A DNA stretch of 63,893 nucleotides, counting the filler, from Asterionella formosa (taxonomy: Eukaryota), in NCBI GenBank assembly GCA_002256025.1. It is 24 parts of 24 records of this genome, joined end to end, with 100 filler letters (N's around TTAATTAATTAA, not from the genome) between each part and the next. Parts side by side here need not be neighbours in the genome. Positions count along the whole stretch, not along the records: positions 8,325 to 33,969 come from NKIB01001912.1; 23 more parts are not named here. One strand, 5' to 3'. The translations under genes and the position numbers were made by a program. Shown here one piece after another: positions 22,151-33,368 of this stretch. Positions within the stretch are counted from its first letter, which is position 1. Each line of letters begins with the position of its first letter. The notes under the pieces are model-generated. The model saw only the letters and a list, made by a program, of their open reading frames with translations, did no database searches and was not told the DNA's origin.

Positions 22151-22885
22151 TAAGTTATATATGAGTAAATCGACTCATTTTCATGACAAGACTCAAAGAT
22201 TGATTCATGTATGAGTCAAGATTGACTCATGTTCATGAGTAGACCCAAAAAGTCATGACTGCACTAATTTGGAGACACAAACAAGATTCATTTGACTTGT
22301 CTGTTTCAACCACTGGTAGTCTTCCGATGGGCTTGACAACGATGAATCAGTATGTGTGTTTTAAGTAAATTTTTTCTTTCTCCGCTAGGTGCCTCCAGTA
22401 AGACATTCTATACAGAAGCAATCTAAACATGTGCTACACATATAAGGTAGAAGGCCTGCCGCATCCTTCAGTAATAATCTGCGTTCGCATTTAGTATGTA
22501 GTTATGAGCAATGTCCCTGCAGTCGTAACCGCAATTGGATTTTACTTGAGCGTGAAGTCAAGCGATTCGTTAGATATCTCTAATAATGTCGCTCCGGCTC
22601 GATTTATGACCAAAATTTAAGTATATACATAAACAGTTCTTAATACATTTTTAATGATCAAGTCTCGCATCAAAAAAGCGGTATTCAGCGGACGGAGGGA
22701 AAAATTATCATTGCTTTAACTGTGGAATCGTTCATTGCTTCAAAAGCCGGTACCTGAAAGGGTGTCCGTTTTGACGGTAAACATGAGAACTCTACGATCT
22801 TGTACACTTGTATCAACCCTTTTGATATTTGTCTCAAAATTTCTAACATTTCTGCTTCGGATCATACTGCATCAGTGGAGTCAAT

Positions 22886-23212
22886 ATGATGCTTCGTCTT
22901 CTCCTTGTTGCACTCCTTTCCGTTGGTGCAGTCGCACAATGTCAGATTTGTGTTTATGGTGGGCTTCCGACAAAATTGAACGCTTTGCTTCCCGATGGTA
23001 TTTACTGTGGGTTTTACATTGATAACCCTGCTTCACCGCAAAGTTGCGCCTTGATTCGGCAACCTGCCAATCAAATTTTGTGCGGATGCCCACGAGGACC
23101 ATCTACAAAGGCGCCTACCCGCAAACCCACATTCAGGACTCCTACTCGTAAACCCACATTCAGGACTCCTACTCGTAAACCCACAATCAAGGCTCTTACT
23201 CATTTTTTATAA
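22886..23212 (+). CDS. Secreted Cys-rich/PTRKPT protein truncated at the duplication junction
   Basis: Signal peptide, one Cys domain, three PTRKPT repeats; lacks the second Cys domain found in its paralogs. Confidence 0.75.
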   Translation: MMLRLLLVALLSVGAVAQCQICVYGGLPTKLNALLPDGIYCGFYIDNPASPQSCALIRQPANQILCGCPRGPSTKAPTRKPTFRTPTRKPTFRTPTRKPTIKALTHFL

Positions 23213-23230
23213 ATTACATACCCTGGTGCC

Positions 23231-24115
23231 ATGCTACATCAGCAACAACCAGTATGTTGTAGTAGTCAACACATTATGAAGTCTTCGTTCGCACAACTAC
23301 GACAACAATCATTCCTAGTTCTATACTTTCTTCTTGTCCTTTATGCTGAAATCATCATCCACCCGTGCACTGCCTTTGTATTGTTTCCACCACCACCACC
23401 ACCAACAACAACAAACAATCATCTTCATCCGTACAATAACATACACTCTATCATCACTTCATTATATGCTTTTGGTCCACTCCAACCTGCTGCTATACTA
23501 TTAATGGATTCTGGAAAAGCATTGGCACGGAGTGTTGAAGTATTGATTGACCTTACCTCGGATCTTGACATGTATGGGAGTGCTCTATCATCCTCTGGTG
23601 CATTTATTCGAAATGCTGGGGATTGTATTGCACAAGCAGCAGCATCGTGTAGATTCAAAACTGCACTAGAATTAATATGTGATGAATTACGTGAAGCTGC
23701 GACATGTCTTTTGGAGGGATCTATACAAATGAATCAACAAGTTACGAGTAGTGCAAGTAGTAGTAGTAGTACTACTACTACTTCTACTCTTGACACTTCA
23801 GCACTTGCCAATTGTGTGATTCCACTTTCAAAAGCAAGTGTAGCACTTGAAGGGGCAGGACGAAGTATTATGCAAGGAGCAACAGTGAAAATCATTGGAG
23901 AATACTTTGTAGAAGCAGCAAATGAATTGAAGGATTTAAGTTGTCAAGTAACGGCATTGGTTCCAACATCACAAACGTGTGCTTTGGCAGGGCAGCGCAT
24001 GGCATTTGGTGCAGACCGAATGAAAGAAGCAGGATATGCATTGATTGGAAAAAATGATGTGGATGATACAACTACAAAAGGAAAACAGTGGATCAAGCAA
24101 CAAGGTTTGAAATGA
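23231..24115 (+). CDS. Uncharacterised Ala-rich protein (copy 2)
   Basis: Near-identical to 20310-21212, with indels in the P/T/S tracts. Confidence 0.75.
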   Translation: MLHQQQPVCCSSQHIMKSSFAQLRQQSFLVLYFLLVLYAEIIIHPCTAFVLFPPPPPPTTTNNHLHPYNNIHSIITSLYAFGPLQPAAILLMDSGKALARSVEVLIDLTSDLDMYGSALSSSGAFIRNAGDCIAQAAASCRFKTALELICDELREAATCLLEGSIQMNQQVTSSASSSSSTTTTSTLDTSALANCVIPLSKASVALEGAGRSIMQGATVKIIGEYFVEAANELKDLSCQVTALVPTSQTCALAGQRMAFGADRMKEAGYALIGKNDVDDTTTKGKQWIKQQGLK

Positions 24116-24613
24116 TGTACTTATATATAAATAGACATTTATATCTTATACATATAATACTGAGAGTAGCACATTTCTCATGTACATTTTATTCTACATA
24201 ACTTCTGAAGGTTTTGTTGTTATTGCCGGTCCTGACATGGAGGAGCTAGGCCTGATTCCATATAGCCAATACAGCTATAATAGGTATGCAAGCAAGATTT
24301 CGTGAAATTCCTTCCTTTGCTTTGCCAGAAAATGCTGTTGAATGTATACTGCATTTTTTCTGGGTTCTCATTTAGCATATTTAGTGCATATTGGTTGCTG
24401 TTGGGTAGAGCATTGTGGTGGATTTAAAGGCAAAACCAAGAAGAAATGTCAAAATTGTGTTTGTTGATGCAAGGACTTCTTGTCAAATACTGGTAACTGG
24501 GTCAGCATGATGATTTCTAGGAATATTCTGGTAACTGGGTCAGCATGATGATTTCTAGGAATATTTTTCAAAATTTCTTCGGGGGGGGGGGGGGGNNNNN
24601 NNNNNCCCCCCCG

Positions 24614-24660
<47 letters not shown>

Positions 24661-25469
24661 TGAGGTATGGTATTCATATTTAATTCATTATGCATTTGTC
24701 AAAATCATTCTGGTAGTTGAAGAAAAGGTGTGACGAAGTCAATGTCTTCCCAATCGTTTTTGCCATGCATCATGGAAACTGATGTGATAATGCTCGGGTG
24801 GTCGATTCGTATCATGAGAGGAAGAAATGGACGATTCCTGCAGTACAAACATGGGCATTAGACGAATTCATATCCTTGTAAGTAGAAGTGCTTACCGGTA
24901 GTCTTCCGATGGAATTGAAAACGATGAGTCAGTATGTATGTTTTAAGTGAATTTTTCCTTTCTCCGCCAGGTGCCTTCAGTAAGACATTCTACACAGCAG
25001 CAAATTTAACATGTGTTACACATATAATGTACAAGGCCTGCCGCCTCCCTCATTGATCATCTGCGTTCGCATTTCGTGTGTGGCTGTGAGCAATGGTACC
25101 CAAGCAGTCGTAAACCGGTATTGGTTTTTACTTAAGCGTGAAGTCAAGCGATTCGTTAAATATCCCTAATAATGTCGCTCCGGCTCGATTTATGACCAAA
25201 ATTTAAGTATATACATAACCACTTCTGTATACATTCTCTATGATCATGTCCCGCATCAAAAAAACGGTATTCAGCGGACAGAGGGAAAAATATCATTACT
25301 TTAACTGTGGAATCGTTCATTGCTTCAAAGGCCGGTACCTGAATGGGTGTCCGTTTTGACGGTAAACATGAGAACTCTACGATCTTGTTCACTCGTATCA
25401 ATCCTTCGATAACTGTCGCAAAATTTCTAACATTTCTGCTTCGGATCATACTGCATCAGTGGAGTAAAT

Positions 25470-26093
25470 ATGATGCTTCGTCTTCTCCTTGTTGCACTCC
25501 TTTCCGTTGGTGCAGTCGCACAATGTGAGATTTGTGTTTATGGTGGGCTTCCAACAAATTTAAACGCTTTGCTTCCCGATGGTATTTACTGTGGGTTTTA
25601 CATTGATAACGCTCCTACAGGTCAAAGTTGCGCCTTGATTCGGCAACCTGCCAATCAAATTTTGTGCGGATGCCCACGAGGACCATCTACAAAGGCGCCT
25701 ACCCGCAAACCAACAACCAGAGCTCCTGCCGGAAGTTCGCCTACCCGCAAACCCACCACCAGGACTCCTACTCGTAAACCCACCACCAGGACTCCTACTC
25801 GTAAACCCACATTCAGGACTCCTACTCGTAAACCCACCACCAGGACTCCTACTCGTAAACCCACCACCAGGACTCCTACTCGTAAGCCCACAACCAGGGC
25901 TCCTACCCGAAACGTCGGTTGTCAGATGTGTGTCAACGGTGGAACTCCATCTAAGCTTACAAACATTGTGGATCCTCCCAACGGTCTTCTTTGTTCCTAC
26001 TACTTTTTCAATCAAGCATTACTTTCATCTTCCACATGCGCTTACATTCGCTTGCCTATGAATCAAAAACAATGCGGATGTGCTGGCTTTTGA
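25470..26093 (+). CDS. Secreted protein: Cys domain, cationic (TRTPTRKPT)n linker, second Cys domain
   Basis: Signal peptide AVA-Q; CxxC..GG.P...C...C...CGC domain at both ends; 27-nt coding repeats. Confidence 0.85.
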   Translation: MMLRLLLVALLSVGAVAQCEICVYGGLPTNLNALLPDGIYCGFYIDNAPTGQSCALIRQPANQILCGCPRGPSTKAPTRKPTTRAPAGSSPTRKPTTRTPTRKPTTRTPTRKPTFRTPTRKPTTRTPTRKPTTRTPTRKPTTRAPTRNVGCQMCVNGGTPSKLTNIVDPPNGLLCSYYFFNQALLSSSTCAYIRLPMNQKQCGCAGF

Positions 26094-26776
26094 GGTTGAT
26101 TTGAAATATTTGTGTATGGCAGTTTTATCTTTGTGTTTCCTTCTCCGAATGCTTTCTTTGCCGTTGTCAGTTAGTCGCAGGAATGCGGAATGAGATAACT
26201 CGTCCGTATTTGACTATTTTTCTGTCGGGTAAATTCAGACGACATGCATAGCCAGTCTACATAAACCCACTGATTATGATTGCAGCCATTAGCTAGTCTA
26301 CCTTTACATCCACAGTATAGTAGTGTGTTTTGATGGCCTCAACTGTATTCCTCATTTTCCATTGATGTAAGTGGTGCTTCCTCCTCTTCAAGTGAACAAG
26401 AATGGGTCAGTCTAATTTCATATCCTTGTGCCCCTGGTAACATGCCAGTATAGTCAAGCTGGTAGAGTGATGGAATGAATGTGTGCTCCACTGTTCTACT
26501 GTTCTTTCCTGCCTGTGTCTCCTTTGCTGTAAACTCTGAGGACGGAGTTTGCTGGCACCTGGTGGTACCTGGTGGTACCTGGTACCATACCACCAGCTGG
26601 TGGCGACGAACTACCGGTATGTACCAGACTGCCATGTTGATCTTCTCATGACGTGTACTTTTATACGAGTCATGTTCAGGTATCCAGGAGGTTTTGAATC
26701 CTAAGAACTGGACACAGTTGCGTCCCCGTGATCACTCCTTCCGTAAGATCATAGGTAACTGGTACCTGGTACCTGT

Positions 26777-26870
26777 GCAAGTTGCGGTCATTTTGCTTTA
26801 ACTAACATTTTAATAATGGATAAAGAAAGATAGCTAAATCTTTAGTTTCAGCAAAATTACCGCAACTTGC
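26777..26870. mobile_element. 94-bp MITE-like element
   Basis: Termini GCAAGTTGCGGTCATTTTGCT and AGCAAAATTACCGCAACTTGC are complementary at 20 of 21 positions. Confidence 0.75.
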
Positions 26871-27196
26871 TTGGTACCAGGGCAATCTATTCTTACAGAC
26901 TCCATATCGCTACTGCCAGCATGTACATCTATCTACCTGACAGCCACGGACTACACACGATTTCGTTGTATCATTTTATGCATGACAAAAATATTTTTTT
27001 TCACTGGTTCGTATTACCGGTATGCTTGTTTGTACAGGTCCGCCCCACGGAACAAATTAATTTCTTCTCCATCCTCAGCACCCATGTCTTGTATTTTACA
27101 TACCGGTAAGTAGGAGTAGCAGGTACAGAATTGTACAAAGTAGGTAGTACCTGGTACCGTGAATTAAACAGAAACAAATTTCATCACAAATCCAAA

Positions 27197-28708
27197 ATGA
27201 TTGCTTCCTCACTGACAGATACTCCTCGCTTTCCCCAGCGAAGTAGCGACAGTGGCACTGTGGAACATTGCCAAACGCACATCATGGAAGACAACTACCA
27301 ACAACATCAGCAACAACAGTCCAGGAAGAAGCCAAACAGCTTCAACAGCCTCCTCAATAACACTGGCAGTTCCAATTCGTTGAACCGATCCTTGCGCCGA
27401 AACAATTCGGTCAGTTCCGAGAACGCTTTCTCGCCTTCAGTCCATACTCCCCTCCTTTCTTCCGTTCCAACTACCCTAGAGTACTACGACCAGGATCAAT
27501 TCCAGACTTCGCCACGAAGCACCAACAGCAACAACACCATTCGCTTCCAAGTTGTGGTCTGGTACATTGGCAAAATCGATATGATTCAAGGCCGGGTCCC
27601 TGCGACGTTTAGGATTACTATTTTCTGGAATGACACTACGACTATGGAAGCTATTCACAACAACAACGACGATGCTGCTGCTGCTGGATTGAACGACGAC
27701 ATGTCTCAACAAACATCCATGTCTCAACCTATTTGGCAAATGCATGGCCGCCAAATGGCCATTCAGCAACAAGTCAAGGGAGACGATGGGACCACTCCGC
27801 TCCATACGGTTCAAGTACCGGCTGTGTCAATATTGAATGTTGTTACTTTTGATACTATCGGATCTCCAGAAGTTTCGCTATTACGAGAAGATACGAAACT
27901 CATGAGATGGACATGCATGTATCGTGCCACTTTGATACAAGATCATTGGCGTGTCGACAAGTTCCCTCACGATGAACACGACCTTACATTGAAATTGGCC
28001 ATTTTGGCAAATCGACGGCAGGGCGAACCATGGGATCGACATGTATGGAATCTGGCATTGGCCACTGCAGATGACTCCAAAGGCAGCACCAGAATTCCAT
28101 ATGGCCTTGTTGTGAATCAAGTGGCCATTCCGGAATTCAATTACAATCAAAAAGAGGGTTTGATTTTTCGCTTTGTTCCGTTGGAACATGGGCAAGGTTG
28201 TGGGGGTGGGGTGGCAAGCAAAGACAAGTGCTTGGAAATATCATTGAAGGTATTTCGAGATTCATCCTATTATGACAAAAACATTATGCCTCTTTTGGGA
28301 CTTTTGAACTTTGTTGCCATGTCAATCACCGTTTTAGAGGCAGCAGATTTCTTCCAACGTGGACTCCTCACACTTAACATTGCCTTTGTAGAAATTGGTA
28401 TTCGCATGACCACAGACAAGCATCTTCCTTCTGTAAGTTATCAAATCAAGATGCAACGAATCATGAATGAATACTTTTATGGGTTGTTATTTTTGGTTTT
28501 GGAGTCCTTGTTCGTTTACGTATTGGCCGTACGATGGAACATTCCCTGGACAGGATACGTTGATCTATTGGCAGCTTGTACTGCATTGATACACAATGTG
28601 CATACGCAAGTATCATATTTCAATGATGCCAAGCGCATGAAGCAAAAGGTTTTGAAGGTGGCATCTCCAAAGCTACCAAAAACATCATCCATGGAGGAGC
28701 ACTTGTAA
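27197..28708 (+). CDS. Cys-less (Pro-loop) pentameric ligand-gated ion channel homolog
   Basis: beta-rich domain, WRVDKFPHDEHDLTLKL (FPFD-loop equivalent), pre-M1 FRDSSYYDKNIMP, M2-M3 loop LPSVSY, four C-terminal hydrophobic segments. Confidence 0.75.
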   Translation: MIASSLTDTPRFPQRSSDSGTVEHCQTHIMEDNYQQHQQQQSRKKPNSFNSLLNNTGSSNSLNRSLRRNNSVSSENAFSPSVHTPLLSSVPTTLEYYDQDQFQTSPRSTNSNNTIRFQVVVWYIGKIDMIQGRVPATFRITIFWNDTTTMEAIHNNNDDAAAAGLNDDMSQQTSMSQPIWQMHGRQMAIQQQVKGDDGTTPLHTVQVPAVSILNVVTFDTIGSPEVSLLREDTKLMRWTCMYRATLIQDHWRVDKFPHDEHDLTLKLAILANRRQGEPWDRHVWNLALATADDSKGSTRIPYGLVVNQVAIPEFNYNQKEGLIFRFVPLEHGQGCGGGVASKDKCLEISLKVFRDSSYYDKNIMPLLGLLNFVAMSITVLEAADFFQRGLLTLNIAFVEIGIRMTTDKHLPSVSYQIKMQRIMNEYFYGLLFLVLESLFVYVLAVRWNIPWTGYVDLLAACTALIHNVHTQVSYFNDAKRMKQKVLKVASPKLPKTSSMEEHL

Positions 28709-28971
28709 TCTGACTGACATTGTCATGGCATTTCATGACAAATTTTACCTTTTTTTTTGCTGCCACTTATATTGGAATTTTTGCCTTATAATGCCTACAA
28801 ATTTTTTCACATTCACTTTTTTCTCCTGACTATATTATCTTGATGCCCTGACTACTACCGGCATCTAAAGAAGATTTCTTGGTGATAATTAAAACATGTA
28901 ACTTATTTGGTCAACGTGCTTTACATTATGATAGATATGTAGCAAAGCCTTTCCTGATACATACCTGCGGA

Positions 28972-30381
28972 CTACTCATAAAGGCTTTCTGCATCTGCCG
29001 TCAAGAAATGATTCTTGATATTGTTCCTCTTGTTGCGATCTTTGGTCAATTTCTGGTCTGCATTCTTATACACTTCACTTGTTTTGCTCAACAACAATCG
29101 CTTCTCTAGGTTTGACATGCTAATCATGCCATTCAAGACATTTGCGTCGGCTCCAAACATGGCCTGCAAGAATGGGTTGGTCAACAACTGAATTTGAAAG
29201 CCCCCTTGCAAGCAATTCTTGACAAAATTGAGGGGAATCAATTCTCTCCACGTTGTCAGGGTAATGGAACCACCCCTAAATGAAATAATTTCCTCTGGCG
29301 CATCGTCATCCACAATAGTTGCCCTGTAGTCTCTAAAGGTCGACCGTTGTTCCTTTTTCAATTTCTTGGCCAAATGATTTGCTGATTCTGTTGACAGTTC
29401 CGATATGCGTTGTTGCAATTCCGCAATGATTCCTTCATGTGGCGATCCCTCCCAAGAGCCTTGTGTAAACTTATCATGCCCGACATTCCATCTGGATTCA
29501 TGAATCAGGGATAGACATAGTCCCGCTGCCGACTGTAATTCCATTGACGTGGATTCCGCCAAACACAATTGCAACAATGGTAGTACGAGTATACCTCGTC
29601 CGCCGCCACCACCACCACTATTGTTGTAGTCATCATCACCATCATCATCAGTACTCAAGGTTTCTGCCATGGTCGTTGCCAACAAGGCCCAACACTCCAA
29701 CGCTGCCGCCTTGAGTCCCATTGGAACTACATGATTCCTCCACATGGGTGGGGTTGCCACTTGTTCACACATGTCCAAAAGTTGTTCCACATCATCTGTC
29801 CCACACATAAAGTGCAGAGCGGCCAGTGCCCGAAGTGCAGCAATCCGGACCATGGTTGACCTCGAGCTCGTTACTAGTGTTGTCAGCAATAGTCTCAAGT
29901 CTTCCAGTGCGTTATAGCAGTTTCCTAAAACAATCCCCAAAGCTTCTGCTACACGACATGCTGCATACTGTTCGGCAGGCTCACCTACACGAATACTGTG
30001 CCTCACAGCAGCCACCACCACAACACTATCTGTCGTACTTGATGTTCCATAATGAGTCAAGGCATGAAAAAGAGTCCGGAGTGCTGCTTCGCGTTTGGCA
30101 GATCTCGATTCGGTGCAAATGTCGTGCGCCGAGGACAAGGCATCCATGAGTAATCCATGACGATTCGATGCTGCAGCAGCGGCGTTGGCGACAGATCCTA
30201 GACTTCCAGTGGAAAGCAAGTCGTCGACGTTGTTGTTGTTGTTGTTATCGTCGTCCATGTCGAATGCCGCATCTGTAAAGGAATCAGCAATGGTATGATC
30301 TTCCGACAGTACGTCGACTTGTGAAGATTCTCCATACGATTCGTCCTTCTTCTTCCGACCAGTCTTGCTTTTCTTGGCCAT
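28972..30381 (-). CDS. IFRD: Interferon-related developmental regulator (IFRD) family protein
   Basis: Start MAKKSKTGRKKK; SAKREAAL, AALECWALLAT, KKEQRSTFRD...TW...CLQGGFQIQLLTNPFLQAMF and a basic C-terminal tail. Confidence 0.85.
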   Translation of the reverse strand: MAKKSKTGRKKKDESYGESSQVDVLSEDHTIADSFTDAAFDMDDDNNNNNNVDDLLSTGSLGSVANAAAAASNRHGLLMDALSSAHDICTESRSAKREAALRTLFHALTHYGTSSTTDSVVVVAAVRHSIRVGEPAEQYAACRVAEALGIVLGNCYNALEDLRLLLTTLVTSSRSTMVRIAALRALAALHFMCGTDDVEQLLDMCEQVATPPMWRNHVVPMGLKAAALECWALLATTMAETLSTDDDGDDDYNNSGGGGGGRGILVLPLLQLCLAESTSMELQSAAGLCLSLIHESRWNVGHDKFTQGSWEGSPHEGIIAELQQRISELSTESANHLAKKLKKEQRSTFRDYRATIVDDDAPEEIISFRGGSITLTTWRELIPLNFVKNCLQGGFQIQLLTNPFLQAMFGADANVLNGMISMSNLEKRLLLSKTSEVYKNADQKLTKDRNKRNNIKNHFLTADAESLYE

Positions 30382-31654
30382 TGTTTGGTTTGGAGCGAGG
30401 GGGTACTGGTAGATCAAGTCCAGGACGTATCGATAATGTGTAGTTGTAAATGTATTTATTACCTGTAGTAGTACGATTCCTCCTGACGATGTTGGAGTTT
30501 GGCTAATGATGTCAACAAAACATTTAATTTTTTGTGTGATGATGGAGCCATCAGTTGTAATACCTGGTACCAGGTACTGGTACCGTATATTGGTGAATAT
30601 GTTTTGCTTTGTATGAGTATTACATGCAGTTCGCAGTACTGATAACAGGTAGTATTGCACATGTCTATCATAAGAACCAGGTACCAGGTAATAGCGGCAG
30701 TCTAGGATGATCATACTGCTCCGACCATTACTAACTCCTACGCACGTGGAGTACGTACTACACAGTCCCACCGTAGACCGAATACTACAATGGACACACG
30801 GTGGAAAATCATTTGACCGTGATGGGTATTTTTACAACGGTATACCAGGTACCAGGTAACCAGGTACTGTAATATGTCTTCTACATGGAACATGAAAATG
30901 AGAATGCATGAATATGATGCCGGTGATATAAAACACATTGGAATATCATGGCATATGTATGGCGCCGTGAAGATGATACGGTAATGAGAACAGAAATAAT
31001 GTATAACCGGTAGGCGGCAGAACAAATGAGAACTCTTGTGCTGGCTGCTACTGCTGACGATGAGTGGGGATGATGGTTGCACTGCTGTCGTACCAGGTAC
31101 CAGGTAGTTGTTGTTTTAACTTACCAGGTACCTGGTACCGTAGTAGGTATTAAATAATGGGAGCGTTCTGAAGAAATCACCCTAACAACAATCTTGTGCA
31201 AAACGTGGTTCGATTGCTATTTAAATAACATTAAATATCAATTTAGCTTGATTTATTCATAGTTAAATATTCTTAGCAATGGCTACATACATCCTCTCGT
31301 GTTGCTATGCCTTCAAACTCCAACAATAGATATGTCATGAAAAGAAAGGCACACATATCATGTCAACAGTTCACTCAGAGTTTGTAATAAAACTCCATTA
31401 TGATGTGCAAACACAGTGTCAATTTTGAAGCAAAAAGCTATTCTCTATCTTTTGGTCTACTAAATTGGAATAAACTACCATACCAGCATCACTACTAGTC
31501 AGCAACACACTCTCTGATTCTGCCCTTCAAGAAATTCCAACTTTGTTATAAAATGGCGTCTTGTCTTGCAAATCAATGTAAACGAATGCCTTTTGATAGC
31601 AAGCATGGATAACAAAGGTCACAAACATCGACACACATAATAAAAAAATCAACC

Positions 31655-32287
31655 TCAAAAGCCGGGGCATCCACATGTTGCTTGATTGGCAGGCATTCGA
31701 ATGAAAGCGCACGAAGTAGCAGAGAGTATACCCGAGCTCTGATAAAAGTAGGAACAAGGGAGTCCAACATTGGCACTTAGATATTTGGGAACCCCACCAT
31801 TGACACAGATCTGACAACCACTACCTGGATTGACAGTAGGAGACCTGGTTGTTGGCTTGCGAGTTGGAGACCTGGTTGTTGGTTTACGAGTGGGAGTCCT
31901 AGTTGTTGGTTTGGCACCAGTAGGAGCTCTGGTTGTCGGCTTGCGAGTGGGAGTCCTGGTTGTTGGTTTGGAACCAGTAGGAGCTCTGGTTGTCGGCTTA
32001 CGAGTGGGAGCTTTGGTTGTCGGCTTCGATCCAGGCTGGACAGTGGGTTTGCGGGTAGGCTTCTTGGAAAGTGGTGGCTTCCAGCATCCACACAGAATTT
32101 GATTGACAGGTTGCCGAATCAACGCGCAACTATCAGCCTCAGGTGGGTTCTCAATGTAATACCCGCAGTAAATGCCATCAGGAAGAATAGCGTAGAAATT
32201 TGTAGGATTCCCGCCATAGAGGCAAATCTGACATTGTGCGACTGCTCCAACGGAAAGGAGTGCAAGGAGAACAAGACGAAGCATCAT
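31655..32287 (-). CDS. Third secreted Cys-rich/PTRKPT paralog (inverted)
   Basis: MMLRLVLLALLSVGAVAQCQIC...CGC, (PTRKPT/GSKPT)n, CQICVNGG...CGCPGF. Confidence 0.85.
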   Translation of the reverse strand: MMLRLVLLALLSVGAVAQCQICLYGGNPTNFYAILPDGIYCGYYIENPPEADSCALIRQPVNQILCGCWKPPLSKKPTRKPTVQPGSKPTTKAPTRKPTTRAPTGSKPTTRTPTRKPTTRAPTGAKPTTRTPTRKPTTRSPTRKPTTRSPTVNPGSGCQICVNGGVPKYLSANVGLPCSYFYQSSGILSATSCAFIRMPANQATCGCPGF

Positions 32288-33257
32288 ATTGACTCCACTG
32301 ATGTTGACTAATTCAGATGGATCCAAACGAACGGGGAGTAAGGGAAAATTCGGGCGATGCGCAAGAGACACACGATCGGATCAGCGCAACGTCCGAATTA
32401 TGAGAGGATGGTGACCTACCGGTAGTATGCCCGGTCGAATATCAAACAGCAATGAAACTGGCACCAGGCACCGGTCGTACTGCATTTAGGCAGCACATAT
32501 ATATATATACATTCCTGACACAGTCATGCATTCGCAAATCCAAGAAGTACACTGGTACCAGGTACCATTATGCATGTGGCCAAAGGTCGAACCGGTAGTA
32601 CTTGGTACCTGGTACCCCTGGTACCAGGAGTACCATGCTCAAATATGAATACTGGTACTGGTATACTCTGTACAATCCTACAAACCAGGGGCTCAATTAA
32701 TTGCGGACAATTCACATATCGGTACTACTACAGGTATCACACTTTAACGTTGCAGACAACGAAAATATTCTTATTTTTTAATTCATTCTTGTAACAAGAC
32801 AATTGAATGAAACGACGCGCTCGGTTGTAAAGGACGTATTCTTCCTATATACATATGTAGTACAACTTCAGGTCCTGTAGGGCGATTAATTTAAAAAAGA
32901 TACTACCACTGTAACTTGCTTTACTACTACTTCTATGTACCGGTAATCGGTTTTGGCGATGGTGTCATGAACGGTTCCAGACATATCAACGTGAACCCGA
33001 AGCATACATAGCCAGCGTGTCGTGTTCACTAGTATTTCATTACTTATTCATTTTCAATGCTGTATATATATTCTATTCACCTGAATCCTGATACGGGACT
33101 TGATCGACAGTCGGTGTTAGCGTTGGAAACAGTACCGGTATGTGTTTCAATACATATGTACCACCGGTGGGTGTGATTGCTCGATTGGCAGGGGGATCCG
33201 GGACATCAAGAAAGCAGGACGCACTGGAATTGGTGTACCAGTTCTTGTGGAACTGTG

Positions 33258-33368
33258 AATCGTGCTTCGATTCAAACACCAAGCCACACCGGCCGAGAAA
33301 ATCTTTCATTTTTCGTTCCCGCTAATCGTGTTTCGATTCAAACATCAACAAGCCACACCGGACGAAAA
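33258..33368 (+). repeat. Short direct repeat (~43 bp, twice)
   Basis: AATCGTG(C/T)TTCGATTCAAACA..CAAGCCACACCGG occurs twice. Confidence 0.7.

Larger units (their letters stand above)
20288..25830 (+). repeat. Tandem segmental duplication, unit ~2.9 kb, junction near 23205
   Basis: TATAAATT(G/A)CATACCCTGGTGCCATGCTAC starts both units; genes and intergenic DNA align. Confidence 0.9.

Noticed and set aside
24581..24660. Poly-G/poly-C tract encoding poly-Gly/Pro
   Set aside because: Spans a 10-N scaffold gap and corresponds to a short G-run in the other duplicate; likely an artefact.
25560..26015. Antisense repeat ORFs (GLRVGVLVV, GGGFTSRSP; also 31830-32102)
   Set aside because: Shadow frames of the PTRKPT coding repeat.
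30382..30771. N-terminal 130 aa of the 599-aa ORF
   Set aside because: Intergenic GGTACC-rich sequence that is open by chance; the IFRD start is most plausibly the ATG at 30381.
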